Under the pieces are notes generated by a model. It searched no databases, was not told where the DNA came from, and saw only the letters and a program-made list of their open reading frames with translations. This document shows, in pieces, positions 1 to 9,553 of a stretch of 32,277 nt of DNA. Position 1 is the first letter of the stretch. Each line of letters opens with the position of its first letter. The DNA comes from a bacterium (lineage in GTDB: Bacteria > Zhuqueibacterota > Zhuqueibacteria > Zhuqueibacterales > Zhuqueibacteraceae): positions 1 through 32,277 of the forward strand of contig JBIOXB010000179.1 in NCBI GenBank assembly GCA_044869275.1. The letters are read 5' to 3'. Made by a program: the position numbers and the translations under genes.

Positions 1-716
1 TCAACGAAGCCGCCGCGCGTGTGCTCGGCTGGGCGAATCCTCTCGGCCAGGAGATTCGCGCAGAAGACGACCGATATCGCGCACGCATCGTTGGTGTGGT
101 GAAAGATTTTCATTTTCAATCCTTGCACGAAAGCATCGCCCCGCTGGTGTTGGGGCATTGGAAGAATCCCGTCACCGCTATCGATTATTTCACCGCGCGC
201 ATCAGCACCGGCGCGATGGCGCGAACGCTCGCCGCCTTGCAAAAAGTGCACGAAGAATTCGATCAAACCACGCCCTTCGAATACAATTTTCTCGACGAAC
301 GCTTGAATGATTTTTATCAAGCCGATCTGCGCGTCGGCAAGATCTTCGGCCTTAGCGCGGCGTTGACCATCAGCATCGCCTGCCTCGGGCTGTTGGGACT
401 CGCGGCTTTCATCGCGGAGCAACGCACCAAGGAAATCGGCGTGCGCAAAGTGCTCGGCGCCTCGGTGGGCGGCATTTTGTTCCTGCTTTCAAAAGATTTC
501 ACCAAGCTGATCGTGGCCGCAACGTTGATTGCCGCGCCGCTCGCCTATTTCGGCCTGCAACGCTGGCTGCAAGTTTTCGCGTACCGCATCACTGTCGGCC
601 CGGGAATTTTTTTACTGGCCGGAGTCATGGCCTTATTGCTCGCGCTGCTGACCGTGAGTTTTCAGGCCGTCAAAGCGGCGTTGGCGAATCCGGTGGAGGC
701 GCTGCGGTACGAATAA
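1..716 (+). CDS. MacB/FtsX-family ABC transporter permease #1 (5'-truncated by window edge)
   Basis: Frame is open from base 3 (NEAAARVLGW...). Carries the GVVKDFHF, EQRTKEIGVRKVLGAS and terminal ANPVEALRYE motifs shared with the downstream paralogs. Confidence 0.93.
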   Translation, partial: NEAAARVLGWANPLGQEIRAEDDRYRARIVGVVKDFHFQSLHESIAPLVLGHWKNPVTAIDYFTARISTGAMARTLAALQKVHEEFDQTTPFEYNFLDERLNDFYQADLRVGKIFGLSAALTISIACLGLLGLAAFIAEQRTKEIGVRKVLGASVGGILFLLSKDFTKLIVAATLIAAPLAYFGLQRWLQVFAYRITVGPGIFLLAGVMALLLALLTVSFQAVKAALANPVEALRYE

Positions 717-783
717 GTCATCAGTAACCAGGGATCAGTATTCAGTAACTGGTCACTGGCAACTGAATACTGACTACTGGAGA
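714..783. repeat. Heptamer-built inverted repeat, family A (TCAGTNA / CTGNNNA)
   Basis: taagtca tcagtaa ccaggga tcagtat tcagtaa | ctggtca ctggcaa ctgaata ctgacta ctggaga. Perfect 12-bp IR: TCAGTATTCAGT (735-746) / ACTGAATACTGA (762-773). Confidence 0.9.
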
Positions 784-788
784 GAGAC

Positions 789-3173
789 ATGTTCAAAAAC
801 CATATTCGCATTGCGCTGCGCCAGCTCAGAAAACAGAAAGCCTATGCTTTGATCAACATTTCCGGCTTGGCCCTCGGCATGAGCTGTACTTTTCTCATCC
901 TGCTTTGGGCGCGGGACGAACGGGGTTATGATCAGTTTCATGAAAACGCCGGCAGCATCTATCGCGTCGTGGTAGAATGGAAAGAAAATTCAAGGCGGGG
1001 AGCCAGGACACCAGCGCCGCTGGCGGAAGCTATGCTGCAGGAACTTCCCGAAGTGGCCAAGAGCGTGCGTTTGCACAAAAGGCCGCGCATGGTGTTGCGC
1101 CACGGCGAAAGGGGCTTTTATGAGGAAGGCGAGCTGCGCGCTGATCCCACTTTGTTCGATATTTTCACTTTTCCCTTTGTCGCCGGCAATCGCGAAGCGC
1201 TTGAATCGGGAATGGTGATCACCCAGAAAATGGCGCGAAAATACTTTGGAGAAGCAGATCCCCTTGGCAAGGTTTTGAATGTCAACAACTGGTTCGAAGT
1301 TCCGGTGAGTGGTGTCCTGGCAGAGCTTCCTCGCAATTCTTCGCTCCAGTTTGATTTCGTGCTCGCCCTTAACCCGCTCAAAAAATTCTGGCCGGGAGGC
1401 TTTGGCTGGGGCAACTTCGCGCACGAGACCTTTATCCAGCTTCGCCCGGGCGCCGATCCGGCAGTGGTTGCCCGCCACACCACGGAACTGCTGCGCAAAA
1501 ATGTTCCCGCGATTTCAACGGAACTGAACCGGCTTTATTTGCAGCCCTTGCGGGAGGTGTACCTGAGTCCGGAGGTGCGCGACAGCCAATTTGCGATGGG
1601 AGACAAGAAATACGTTTACGTTTTTTCCGGCGTCGCCTTTCTTGTCCTGATGATCGCCTGCATAAACTTCATGAATCTCGCCACCGCGCGCGCGCTCAGC
1701 CGGACGAAGGAAATAAGCGTACGCAAAGTCATGGGCTCGAGCCGGGCGCAGCTGGTGAGGCAGTTCCTCACGGAATCTGTCTTGCTGTCAATCCTCGCCA
1801 CACTGCTGGCAATCATTTGTGTGGAAATCTTGCTGCCGGCTTTCAATCGAGTTTCCGGAAAGAGCTTGGCGCTGAGCTTTTCCGACCTCCGGCTGTTGTT
1901 GGGTTTGGCGACCATCACTGTCTTAGCGGGCATCGTTGCTGGCAGCTATCCCGCGCTGTATTTGTCATCCTTTCACGCGAGGCATGTGCTCAAGTCCGCC
2001 CCTCTCGCGATGCCATTTGCGCGCGGCAGCGGAAAAGCCGGGCTCCGAAAAGCCCTGGTGGTGTTGCAGTTCGCGCTGGCCATCGTACTGCTAGCCAGCA
2101 CCGCCGTGATTCACGAACAATTGCATTACATGACCCGTCAGCAGCTCGGTTTCGACAAAGACAATCTTGTCTATATCCCGCTCAAAGGCAACTTGGGAGC
2201 GCATTATCGAACGGCCAAGGATGAGCTGCGCAAGCATCCGGAAATTCTGGCCGTGGCGGCGCAAGGATCTGTGCCGACGATCACGGTGAACACCGGCTCG
2301 CTGCTCTGGGAGGGCAAAGATTCAAGAGCGGATTTTCCGGTGGAGGCCAATGCCGTCGATTACAATTTCTTCGAGCTGATGAACATGGAAATGGTCGCGG
2401 GGCGGAGTTTTTCGGAAGCATTTGCTACGGACGCCAGCGCTGCTTTCATCGTCAACGAAGAAACCGTCAAAATGATGGGCATGGCTTCTCCCATTGGCAG
2501 ACAGATTCGCTTGGGCAATAGAAAGGGCGCCATCATCGGCGTGGTCAAGAATGCTCATTTCAAATCCATGCGCCGTAAAATCGAGCCACAAGTTTTTTAT
2601 GTGCCGGCAGACTATAGCACAGAGTTGATGGATTTGTTCGGCATCGTTTTGGTCAAAATAAGAGGCGGCGAGAGGGCAGGAGCCATAGCGCGTCTCGAGC
2701 ACGTTTGGCAACAAGTAAATCCCGATTTTCCTTTCGAATATCACTTTCTCGATCAAACCTACGAAGCGCTGTACCAAAGGGAAGAGCACGCCAGCACGCT
2801 CTTTAACTATTTTGCCCTGCTCGCCGTTCTGCTTTCCTGCCTGGGGCTTTTGGGGCTGGCAGCGTTCACCACCGAGAGCCGGACCAAGGAGGTCGGTATT
2901 CGCAAAGTGCTGGGTGCTTCAGTTTCGCGCCTGGTGCTGCTTTTCACCTCGGATTTTGCCAAATGGGTTCTTCTTGCAAATGTTTTCGCGTGGCCGGTCG
3001 CCTGGCTTGCCACGCAGCACTGGTTGCAGGATTTTGCTTATCATGTTGAAGTAGGTTGGCGGGTGTTCGCATGGGCCGGTGGATTGGCGTTGGTGGTCGC
3101 CCAGCTGACCGTCGGCGTGCAAGCGCTTAAAGCCGCGCTTGCGAATCCGGTGGAGGCTTTGCGGTATGAATGA
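789..3173 (+). CDS. MacB/FtsX-family ABC transporter permease #2 (794 aa; two periplasmic MacB-PCD and two FtsX domains)
   Basis: Starts MFKNHIRIALR. Motifs IACINFMNLATARA, KEISVRKVMG, RTKEVGIRKVLGAS, ANPVEALRYE. Confidence 0.95.
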   Translation: MFKNHIRIALRQLRKQKAYALINISGLALGMSCTFLILLWARDERGYDQFHENAGSIYRVVVEWKENSRRGARTPAPLAEAMLQELPEVAKSVRLHKRPRMVLRHGERGFYEEGELRADPTLFDIFTFPFVAGNREALESGMVITQKMARKYFGEADPLGKVLNVNNWFEVPVSGVLAELPRNSSLQFDFVLALNPLKKFWPGGFGWGNFAHETFIQLRPGADPAVVARHTTELLRKNVPAISTELNRLYLQPLREVYLSPEVRDSQFAMGDKKYVYVFSGVAFLVLMIACINFMNLATARALSRTKEISVRKVMGSSRAQLVRQFLTESVLLSILATLLAIICVEILLPAFNRVSGKSLALSFSDLRLLLGLATITVLAGIVAGSYPALYLSSFHARHVLKSAPLAMPFARGSGKAGLRKALVVLQFALAIVLLASTAVIHEQLHYMTRQQLGFDKDNLVYIPLKGNLGAHYRTAKDELRKHPEILAVAAQGSVPTITVNTGSLLWEGKDSRADFPVEANAVDYNFFELMNMEMVAGRSFSEAFATDASAAFIVNEETVKMMGMASPIGRQIRLGNRKGAIIGVVKNAHFKSMRRKIEPQVFYVPADYSTELMDLFGIVLVKIRGGERAGAIARLEHVWQQVNPDFPFEYHFLDQTYEALYQREEHASTLFNYFALLAVLLSCLGLLGLAAFTTESRTKEVGIRKVLGASVSRLVLLFTSDFAKWVLLANVFAWPVAWLATQHWLQDFAYHVEVGWRVFAWAGGLALVVAQLTVGVQALKAALANPVEALRYE

Positions 3174-3208
3174 GCGGAGGGCGGAGGGCTTAGAGCTTGG
3201 AGCGGAGG
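3174..3208 (+). repeat. Heptamer tandem repeat, family B (left arm only)
   Basis: gcggagg gcggagg gcttaga gcttgga gcggagg immediately after the TGA stop; no reverse-complement arm is seen. Confidence 0.8.
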
Positions 3209-3251
3209 GTAGATATACAATGACCAAGATTGAGATTCAACAACACAAATG

Positions 3252-3325
3252 GGAGGTGGGTTATGGCAAGATTCAGGTTCCAACATCGTGATCATACTTT
3301 CAGACGAAATCTGATCAAGGAGACA
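3252..3325 (+). pseudogene. Possible remnant of a four-helix-bundle (TIGR02436 / 23S_rRNA_IVP-like) gene
   Basis: GGAGG RBS (3252-3256), then ATG 3263 reading MARFRFQ. An alternate frame gives NIVIIL, followed by FRRNLIKE. From memory these resemble the N-terminal and late segments of four-helix-bundle proteins; not verified by search. Confidence 0.4.
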
Positions 3326-3327
3326 TC

Positions 3328-5697
3328 ATGCTCAAAAACTACTTCAAAATCGCCCTGCGTAATTTGCTGAAATACAAACTCAATTCTTTCATCAACATTT
3401 TCGGCTTGGGGATCGCATTTGCCGCGAGCCTTTTAATTTACGTTTTCGCGCGCAACGAGCTGACTTATGATGCTTTTCACAAGAATGCCAAATCGATCTA
3501 CCTCGTTTACAAGGAACGCATTACGCCCACCGGCACGCAGATCACGCGCGATACCTGGCTCCCGATGGCGCAGGCACTCAAGGGCGATTATCCCGCCGTT
3601 GCCAATGCCACCCGCTTGTGGGACGACAACAGTTGGATCGAAGCCAGCGAGCGACGATTTCAAGAGAACATCACCTATGCTGATCCCTCTCTCCTACAAA
3701 TGTTCACCTTCCCCTTACTGCAGGGAGACGCGGCCACGGTTTTTTCCGATCGGCACTCGGCCCTCGTCTCGAAAAAGGTTGCGCATAAATATTTCGGCAA
3801 TGAGGAAGCGATCGGCAAGCGCATCACCATCAATTACAGCACGGATTACGTCATTCGCGGAGTTCTCGAGGACATTCCCTCCAATTCTCAAATTCAAATC
3901 GAGGTGCTCGTGCCCGCCGAAAGCGCTTCGTTCTATGAGGCGAACAAAAACGACTGGGGCAGCTCGTTTGTGTCCACCTTCATTCAGCTCTCACCCGGGA
4001 CCGCCTCCGCCGAGTTGGAAGCGCAGTTTCCAAATTTTGTCACCAAAACCTGGAATGCAGAGATCAATCAGAGCATGAAGCTCAAGCTGACGCCGTTATT
4101 GGAACTTTATAATGAAATCACCGGGGCGCACACCTATGCTTACGTGCTGTTGGGTGTGGCGATGATCATCTTGCTCATCGCTACGATCAATTTCATGAAC
4201 CTCACCACTGCCCGTTCTGTCGAGCGCGCGCGTGAAATCGGCATGCGCAAGGTTTTGGGTGCCCTGCGGCGTGAGTTGATCCGGCAATTCCTCCAAGAGT
4301 CCTTGATGACGGTGATGCTGGCGCTGGTGCTCGGGCTCTGTCTCCTGGAAATCGTTTTGCCGTGGTTCAATTCTCTTTATGGACTCGAGCTTCGCACCGA
4401 TTATCTCAATCATCCGCAGAGCATGCTTGGGCTGCTGGCCTTGGCGGTAGCGGTGGGTTTGCTCTCCGGATTCTATCCCGCCTTCGTGCTCTCGCGCTAC
4501 CAGCCCGGGGAGGCGCTCAAAGGCAGATTCAAGTCCAAACCTGCCGGCTTGCGCTTGCGTTATGGCTTGGTGATCGTGCAGTTCTGTTTGGCCATGATCT
4601 TGATGATCGGCACGGGCGTCATGCGGCGGCAAATTCATTTTATGAAAAATGCCAATCTCAATTTTGACAAAGAAAATGTCATCGCGATTCCGGTGCAGGT
4701 TTCAGATTTCAAAAACCAGGAAGAAGCACGCGTGCGGCTCGAGACTTTCAAGAACGATTTGCGCGAGCAGAGCGGCATTCTAGGGGTGGCGTCGTCCATT
4801 CAAGTGCCGGGAAGATGGCCGAACTCTTTCACATTTGCCTATCCTACTGATCGCGATGATGCTCAACGCCTGCGTGTCCGGCGCGCGCTGGTGGACGAAC
4901 ATTTCTTTGATACTTACGGAATGCACTTCATCGAAGGCCGAAATTTTTCCGAGCAATCGGCTACGGATGCGCAACAGTCGCTGATTCTGAATGAAGCAGC
5001 CTTGCGTGATCTGGGCTGGCCCAACGGCACTGGCCGGCAGATTCGCGTCGGCGAAACGGTTTACAATGTCATAGGCGTGGTCAAAGATTATCATTTTTCT
5101 TCCTTCGCAAATGCCGTCGCTCCGGTGCTGCACTTTTATCGCCCGGCGAATAGCGAGGTGCATCGCGTGATCTCGGTGAAGTTGGCAGCAGGAAATGTTG
5201 CCGCCACTTTGGATTATATTCGCGACCAATGGCGCACCCTCGATCCCGGCCGCCCGCTCGATTTCTTCTTTATCGACGACAATTTCAATCTGCTATACCA
5301 AAGCGAAACGCGTTTGATCACGGCCATCAGCGCCTTTACCGTCCTGGCCATTCTGATCGCCTGTCTTGGACTGTTCGGATTGTCATCCTTGATGGTGGCG
5401 CAGCGCACAAAAGAGATCGGGATTCGCAAGACTCTGGGCGCTTCTCTGGCCAGCATCGTGTTCCTGTTGACGAGAGTTTTCAACAAGCTGGTGATGCTGG
5501 CGTTCATCTTCGCGTGCCCACCGGCGTATTTCGCGGCAAAAACGTGGCTGCAGAATTTCGCTTTTCGCATTGATCTCGGCTGGGAAATTTTCGCCATGAC
5601 CGGTTTGCTCGCGCTCGTGATCGCGTTTCTGACCGTCTGTTTTCAATCGATTAAAGCCGCGCTGGCGAATCCGGTGGAGGCACTGCGTTATGAGTAA
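3328..5697 (+). CDS. MacB/FtsX-family ABC transporter permease #3 (789 aa)
   Basis: AAGGAG RBS; starts MLKNYFKIALRN; motifs INFMNLTTARS, RTKEIGIRKTLGAS, ANPVEALRYE. Confidence 0.95.
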   Translation: MLKNYFKIALRNLLKYKLNSFINIFGLGIAFAASLLIYVFARNELTYDAFHKNAKSIYLVYKERITPTGTQITRDTWLPMAQALKGDYPAVANATRLWDDNSWIEASERRFQENITYADPSLLQMFTFPLLQGDAATVFSDRHSALVSKKVAHKYFGNEEAIGKRITINYSTDYVIRGVLEDIPSNSQIQIEVLVPAESASFYEANKNDWGSSFVSTFIQLSPGTASAELEAQFPNFVTKTWNAEINQSMKLKLTPLLELYNEITGAHTYAYVLLGVAMIILLIATINFMNLTTARSVERAREIGMRKVLGALRRELIRQFLQESLMTVMLALVLGLCLLEIVLPWFNSLYGLELRTDYLNHPQSMLGLLALAVAVGLLSGFYPAFVLSRYQPGEALKGRFKSKPAGLRLRYGLVIVQFCLAMILMIGTGVMRRQIHFMKNANLNFDKENVIAIPVQVSDFKNQEEARVRLETFKNDLREQSGILGVASSIQVPGRWPNSFTFAYPTDRDDAQRLRVRRALVDEHFFDTYGMHFIEGRNFSEQSATDAQQSLILNEAALRDLGWPNGTGRQIRVGETVYNVIGVVKDYHFSSFANAVAPVLHFYRPANSEVHRVISVKLAAGNVAATLDYIRDQWRTLDPGRPLDFFFIDDNFNLLYQSETRLITAISAFTVLAILIACLGLFGLSSLMVAQRTKEIGIRKTLGASLASIVFLLTRVFNKLVMLAFIFACPPAYFAAKTWLQNFAFRIDLGWEIFAMTGLLALVIAFLTVCFQSIKAALANPVEALRYE

Positions 5698-5758
5698 TTC
5701 GCACGCAGCACGCGGTTTCCATCAAAAGAGCCTTCAACACCTCTCAAAGGACAAGCTC

Positions 5759-6784
5759 ATGAAAGCACATCTAGACAGTACACTCCATTTGGCATTCGGC
5801 TTTATCATGGCCGCTGCACTCGATTTTGGTGTTGCGAGCGATTGCTTCTCGCAATCCCGCCACGCCTACGCTTCCGCCCAGCCCATCCGCGAACCGATCC
5901 TGTTCGGTGCCGGTGTGATTTCCACCCCGCTGGATGAATTGAACGCCTGCTTCACGCCGGAGGGCGAGACCATCTATTATTGCCTCAACGCGCCGAGCAA
6001 TCGTATCGGCGTGATCGTGTTTTCTCGTTTTGAAAAGGGCAAATGGCGCACGCCACAAGTCGCGGCTTTTTCCGGACAATATACCGACTATGATCCTTTC
6101 ATCTCGCCGGAGGGCAGCAAGCTTTTCTTCATTTCCAATCGCCCCATTGCAGGAAAACCGGTCGAGGGCAAGCGCCCGAATTTCGATATTTGGGTGATGG
6201 AAAAAACAACAGCCGGCTGGAGCGAGCCCTCCAATCTCGGCGCGCCGGTCAACAACGAGGCGGATCAATTCTATCCTTCGGTCGCAGCGAATGGCACACT
6301 CTATTTCAGCACGATCAAGCAAGGTGAAAAAAGTGGATTTGATTTGTATCGCGCCCGGTGGGTGGAGGGCAAATATGCCGAACCGGAGAAACTGAGCGAG
6401 AACGTCAACTCGCAGTTTGCGGAAATCGACGCCTGTATCGCCCCCGATGAAAGCTTCATCGTGTTTGCCAGCTACAATCGTCCCGAGGAATTGGGTCGTG
6501 GCGATCTTTACCTCAGCTACAACCAAAACGGCGAATGGACGCCGGCAAAGAACCTCGGCGAGAAAATCAATTCCAACGCGCGCGAGTATTGCCCCATTCT
6601 CTCGCCCGACGGCAAATATTTCTTTTTTACCAGTTTTCGCGGTTTCGCGGACAAACCGCTGGACAAAGCTCTGACTCATGAACAATTCGTGCAACATCTG
6701 CGCAGCCCGTTGAACGGCACGGGAAATGTGTATCAGGTGGACGTCAGCGTGCTGCATGAGCAGCGGCCTGGAAGTGATGAATGA
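5759..6784 (+). CDS. Exported PD40 (WD40-like / TolB-like) beta-propeller protein
   Basis: Repeated PD40 motifs (DYDPFISPEGSKLFFISNRP; QFYPSVAANGTLYFS; EYCPILSPDGKYFFFTS) and a hydrophobic N-terminus. ATG 5759 after AAAGGA is preferred over 5690, which overlaps the upstream gene. Confidence 0.85.
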   Translation: MKAHLDSTLHLAFGFIMAAALDFGVASDCFSQSRHAYASAQPIREPILFGAGVISTPLDELNACFTPEGETIYYCLNAPSNRIGVIVFSRFEKGKWRTPQVAAFSGQYTDYDPFISPEGSKLFFISNRPIAGKPVEGKRPNFDIWVMEKTTAGWSEPSNLGAPVNNEADQFYPSVAANGTLYFSTIKQGEKSGFDLYRARWVEGKYAEPEKLSENVNSQFAEIDACIAPDESFIVFASYNRPEELGRGDLYLSYNQNGEWTPAKNLGEKINSNAREYCPILSPDGKYFFFTSFRGFADKPLDKALTHEQFVQHLRSPLNGTGNVYQVDVSVLHEQRPGSDE

Positions 6785-6785
6785 A

Positions 6786-6864
6786 ACAGTGGTCAGTAAT
6801 CAGTGATTAGTGATCAGTATCCACTGATTACTGTTCACTGATTACTGCACGCTGTGCACTGTCC
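6786..6864. repeat. Heptamer-built inverted repeat, family A
   Basis: acagtgg tcagtaa tcagtga ttagtga tcagtat cc actgatt actgttc actgatt actgcac gctgtgc actgtcc. Perfect 13-bp IR: CAGTAATCAGTGA (6794-6806) / TCACTGATTACTG (6835-6847); loop about 6819-6822. Confidence 0.9.
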
Positions 6865-6877
6865 TCGGGAGATGATC

Positions 6878-9301
6878 ATGCTCAACCACTACCTCAAGAT
6901 TGCCTTACGCAACGTGTTCAAGCAAAAGGCCTATTCGTTCATCAACATTTTCGGCCTGGCGGTGGGTATTGCCTGTTGCCTACTGGTCATTCTGTTCGTG
7001 CGGCATGAAAAAAGCTATGATCTTTTTCATGAAAACGGCAGCCGTATTTTTCGCGTGAATTTGGAAAAGAAAACTCCAGCGGGCAGCACGGAACTCAGTG
7101 CGGGGCAGCCGGTGCCGCTGCTCCCGGCGTTACGCGAAAACTTTCCAGAAATCGAACTTGCCACGCGCTTGAAACAGGGTTCCGCCGTGGTGCGCTCTTC
7201 CGGGAACAATGCCACGCACGAAACCTTGTACTTCGCTGATCCAAATTTCTTCACCATGTTTTCTTTTCCCCTAGTCCACGGCAGCGCGGCGGCAGCATTG
7301 TCCCATAAGTCTGCCATTGTCTTGAGCGAAACCGCTGCGCGAAAGTATTTTGGCAAAGACCCGCCACTGGGAAAAACGTTGGCACTCAATTTCGGTGATG
7401 GTTTTCATGATTACCTGGTTTCCGGCGTGGTCAAAAAAATGCCGAGCACTTCGAGCATACAATTTGATTTTTTGCTGCCCTATGAGAATTCACCGAATTA
7501 CGACAATCTTGCAACCCTCTGGACGTCTTGGGGCGCGGTGACATTCATTCAGCTCGCGCGCGGCGCTTCACCCGCGGCATTGCAAGGCAAGCTCGACAGC
7601 ATCATCAAGAATTATTACGGCGAATTGATTCAAACCTGGCAAATTTTGGGCTGGATGGCAAAGGAAGAGGGGGCTTTGAAATTGCAATTGCAGCCGCTCG
7701 CCGCCATTCATCTGGAAGCGCACGTGCAGAACGGCTTGCTGCCCACCAGCAATCCCGCCTACTCTTACATTCTTGCCGGCATCGGCTTGATGGTCTTGTT
7801 GATCGCTTGCATTAATTTCACCACGCTGGCGATTGGCCGCGCCGCCGGCCGCACGCAGGAAATCGGCGTGCGTAAAACGCTGGGCGCAGTTCGCAGCCAG
7901 GTCATGGGACAATTCTGGGGCGAAGCGTTGTTGTTCAGCGTGCTGGCTTTGTGCTTGGGCATCGCACTCGCCGAAGCTTTCCTGCCGGTTTTCAGTGCCC
8001 TGGCAAATCGCTCGCTGGCCATCGGATATTTCGAGAGCTGGGAGATGCTCGGCATTTTCGCCGGGTTGGCATTGTTCGCCGCCCTGGCCGCGGGCAGTTA
8101 CCCGGCGCTTTTTCTCTCGCGCTTTCATCCCGCCGCAACATTGAAAAACAAAACCCCACTCGGCGGCAAGAATCGCTTGAGCCAGGCGTTGGTCGTGGTG
8201 CAATTCTCGCTTTCCGTGCTGCTGATCATTTGCACGCTCGTGATGTCCGGTCAATTGCGCCTGTTGAAAAACGCCAATCCCGGATTTAACGCAGAACAAA
8301 TCGTGGTCATTCCTACCAACACCAGGCAGGGCGAGGGCGAAAAGCTGCTCGCGCTTTGCCGGCAAAAGCTTTCCGGACAAACGAACGTACTCGGCCTCAC
8401 CGGCAATTCCGATGGTTTCAATAAAGAGCCTGGCTGGAAGGCTTTTGGCACCGCCAGCGGCGCGACCTGGCAGGTGAATCTCATGCGCGTTGATCCCGAA
8501 TTCCTCCAGACCTTCGACATGCAAATCGTGCAAGGCCGGGACTTCTCCCGGGAAATGACCTCAGACGCGACGAACGCTGTGATCGTGAACGAAGCGTTGG
8601 TCAGAGAATTTGGCTGGCAGGAGCCGGTGGGACGAAAGTTCGAGGACTTTGCTTTGCGCGGCGTGCAGGAACCGACCATCATCGGCGTGGTGAAAGATTT
8701 TAACTATGCGTCTCTGCACGAGGCGGTCAAGCCCATGGTTTTGCATCTCGATCCCACGGAAGAGATAAGGTATCTTTTTGTGAGAATCGCGCCGGGCAAT
8801 TTTGCCGCAAGCTTGGCGTTGTTGAGCAACACCTGGCGGGAAATCGCGCCGGCGAAGCCGTTCAATTACTATTTTCTCGATGAAGATTTCGACCAGCAAT
8901 ATCGCGCGGAAGAACGCTGGGCGCAAATCGTGCTGTATTCCACATCATTTGCGATCGTCATCGCCGGTATCGGCCTGCTGGGATTGTCGGCGCTCACCGT
9001 GACCAAGCGCACCAAAGAAATCGGCATTCGCAAAGTGCTGGGTGCTTCGGTGTTTTCTGTAGTGCGCTTGTTGACAGATGAGTTCGTGATCCTGGTGGCA
9101 TTGGCAAACCTCCTCGCCTGGCCTGTAGCTTATTTCGCCATGCGTCAATGGTTGCAGGATTTTGCGTATCGCATCGAAATCAGCTGGCAGGTTTTTGCGC
9201 TGGCAGGACTGGCGGTGTTGTTGTTGGCATTGGTAACGGTGAGCTGGCAGGCGATCAAGGCGGCGTTGGCAAACCCGGCGGCGGCGTTGAGGTATGAGTA
9301 G
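6878..9301 (+). CDS. MacB/FtsX-family ABC transporter permease #4 (~807 aa)
   Basis: Start MLNHYLKIALRN at ATG 6878 after GGAG, matching paralog N-termini; motifs IACINFTTLA, RTKEIGIRKVLGAS, ANPAAALRYE. Confidence 0.95.
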   Translation: MLNHYLKIALRNVFKQKAYSFINIFGLAVGIACCLLVILFVRHEKSYDLFHENGSRIFRVNLEKKTPAGSTELSAGQPVPLLPALRENFPEIELATRLKQGSAVVRSSGNNATHETLYFADPNFFTMFSFPLVHGSAAAALSHKSAIVLSETAARKYFGKDPPLGKTLALNFGDGFHDYLVSGVVKKMPSTSSIQFDFLLPYENSPNYDNLATLWTSWGAVTFIQLARGASPAALQGKLDSIIKNYYGELIQTWQILGWMAKEEGALKLQLQPLAAIHLEAHVQNGLLPTSNPAYSYILAGIGLMVLLIACINFTTLAIGRAAGRTQEIGVRKTLGAVRSQVMGQFWGEALLFSVLALCLGIALAEAFLPVFSALANRSLAIGYFESWEMLGIFAGLALFAALAAGSYPALFLSRFHPAATLKNKTPLGGKNRLSQALVVVQFSLSVLLIICTLVMSGQLRLLKNANPGFNAEQIVVIPTNTRQGEGEKLLALCRQKLSGQTNVLGLTGNSDGFNKEPGWKAFGTASGATWQVNLMRVDPEFLQTFDMQIVQGRDFSREMTSDATNAVIVNEALVREFGWQEPVGRKFEDFALRGVQEPTIIGVVKDFNYASLHEAVKPMVLHLDPTEEIRYLFVRIAPGNFAASLALLSNTWREIAPAKPFNYYFLDEDFDQQYRAEERWAQIVLYSTSFAIVIAGIGLLGLSALTVTKRTKEIGIRKVLGASVFSVVRLLTDEFVILVALANLLAWPVAYFAMRQWLQDFAYRIEISWQVFALAGLAVLLLALVTVSWQAIKAALANPAAALRYE

Positions 9302-9375
9302 CTGAGGGCGGAGGGCAGAGGGCAGAGGGCATGGCGCAAAGCGCATAGCATGTACAAGGCTACACACTATGCGCT
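9301..9375. repeat. Heptamer repeat / hairpin, family B (GCAKAGS / GCTMTGC)
   Basis: gctgagg gcggagg gcagagg gcagagg gcatggc gcaaagc gcatagc, then a short inverted arm ctatgcgct (9367-9375). Confidence 0.85.
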
Positions 9376-9417
9376 CGGCGTTTTGTTTTCTCCGTCCCGT
9401 ATTTTCAAATTCGACTT

Positions 9418-9433
9418 TGTGATAAATCTCACA
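9418..9433. promoter_or_regulatory. Candidate CRP/FNR-family (or Rex-like) operator, TGTGA-N6-TCACA
   Basis: Exact TGTGA TAAATC TCACA palindrome 120 bp upstream of permease #5, in the longest spacer of the array. Confidence 0.4.
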
Positions 9434-9553
9434 GGATCGATCAGCGTGACGCGCCGGTTTTCATAAGCACAAAGGTTGCCGGAAGCCAACCGCGAAGCGG
9501 CGAAATCACTATAGACGATAGGCGCAAACAATCGCAAAACCCTGGAGTCAGCG

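Noticed and set aside
5771..8533. Long antisense ORFs (5771-6757, 7568-8533; also 20788-21840, 30656-31708 and others)
   Set aside because: They shadow well-supported genes on the opposite strand, as expected in GC-rich coding DNA, and show no recognisable motifs.
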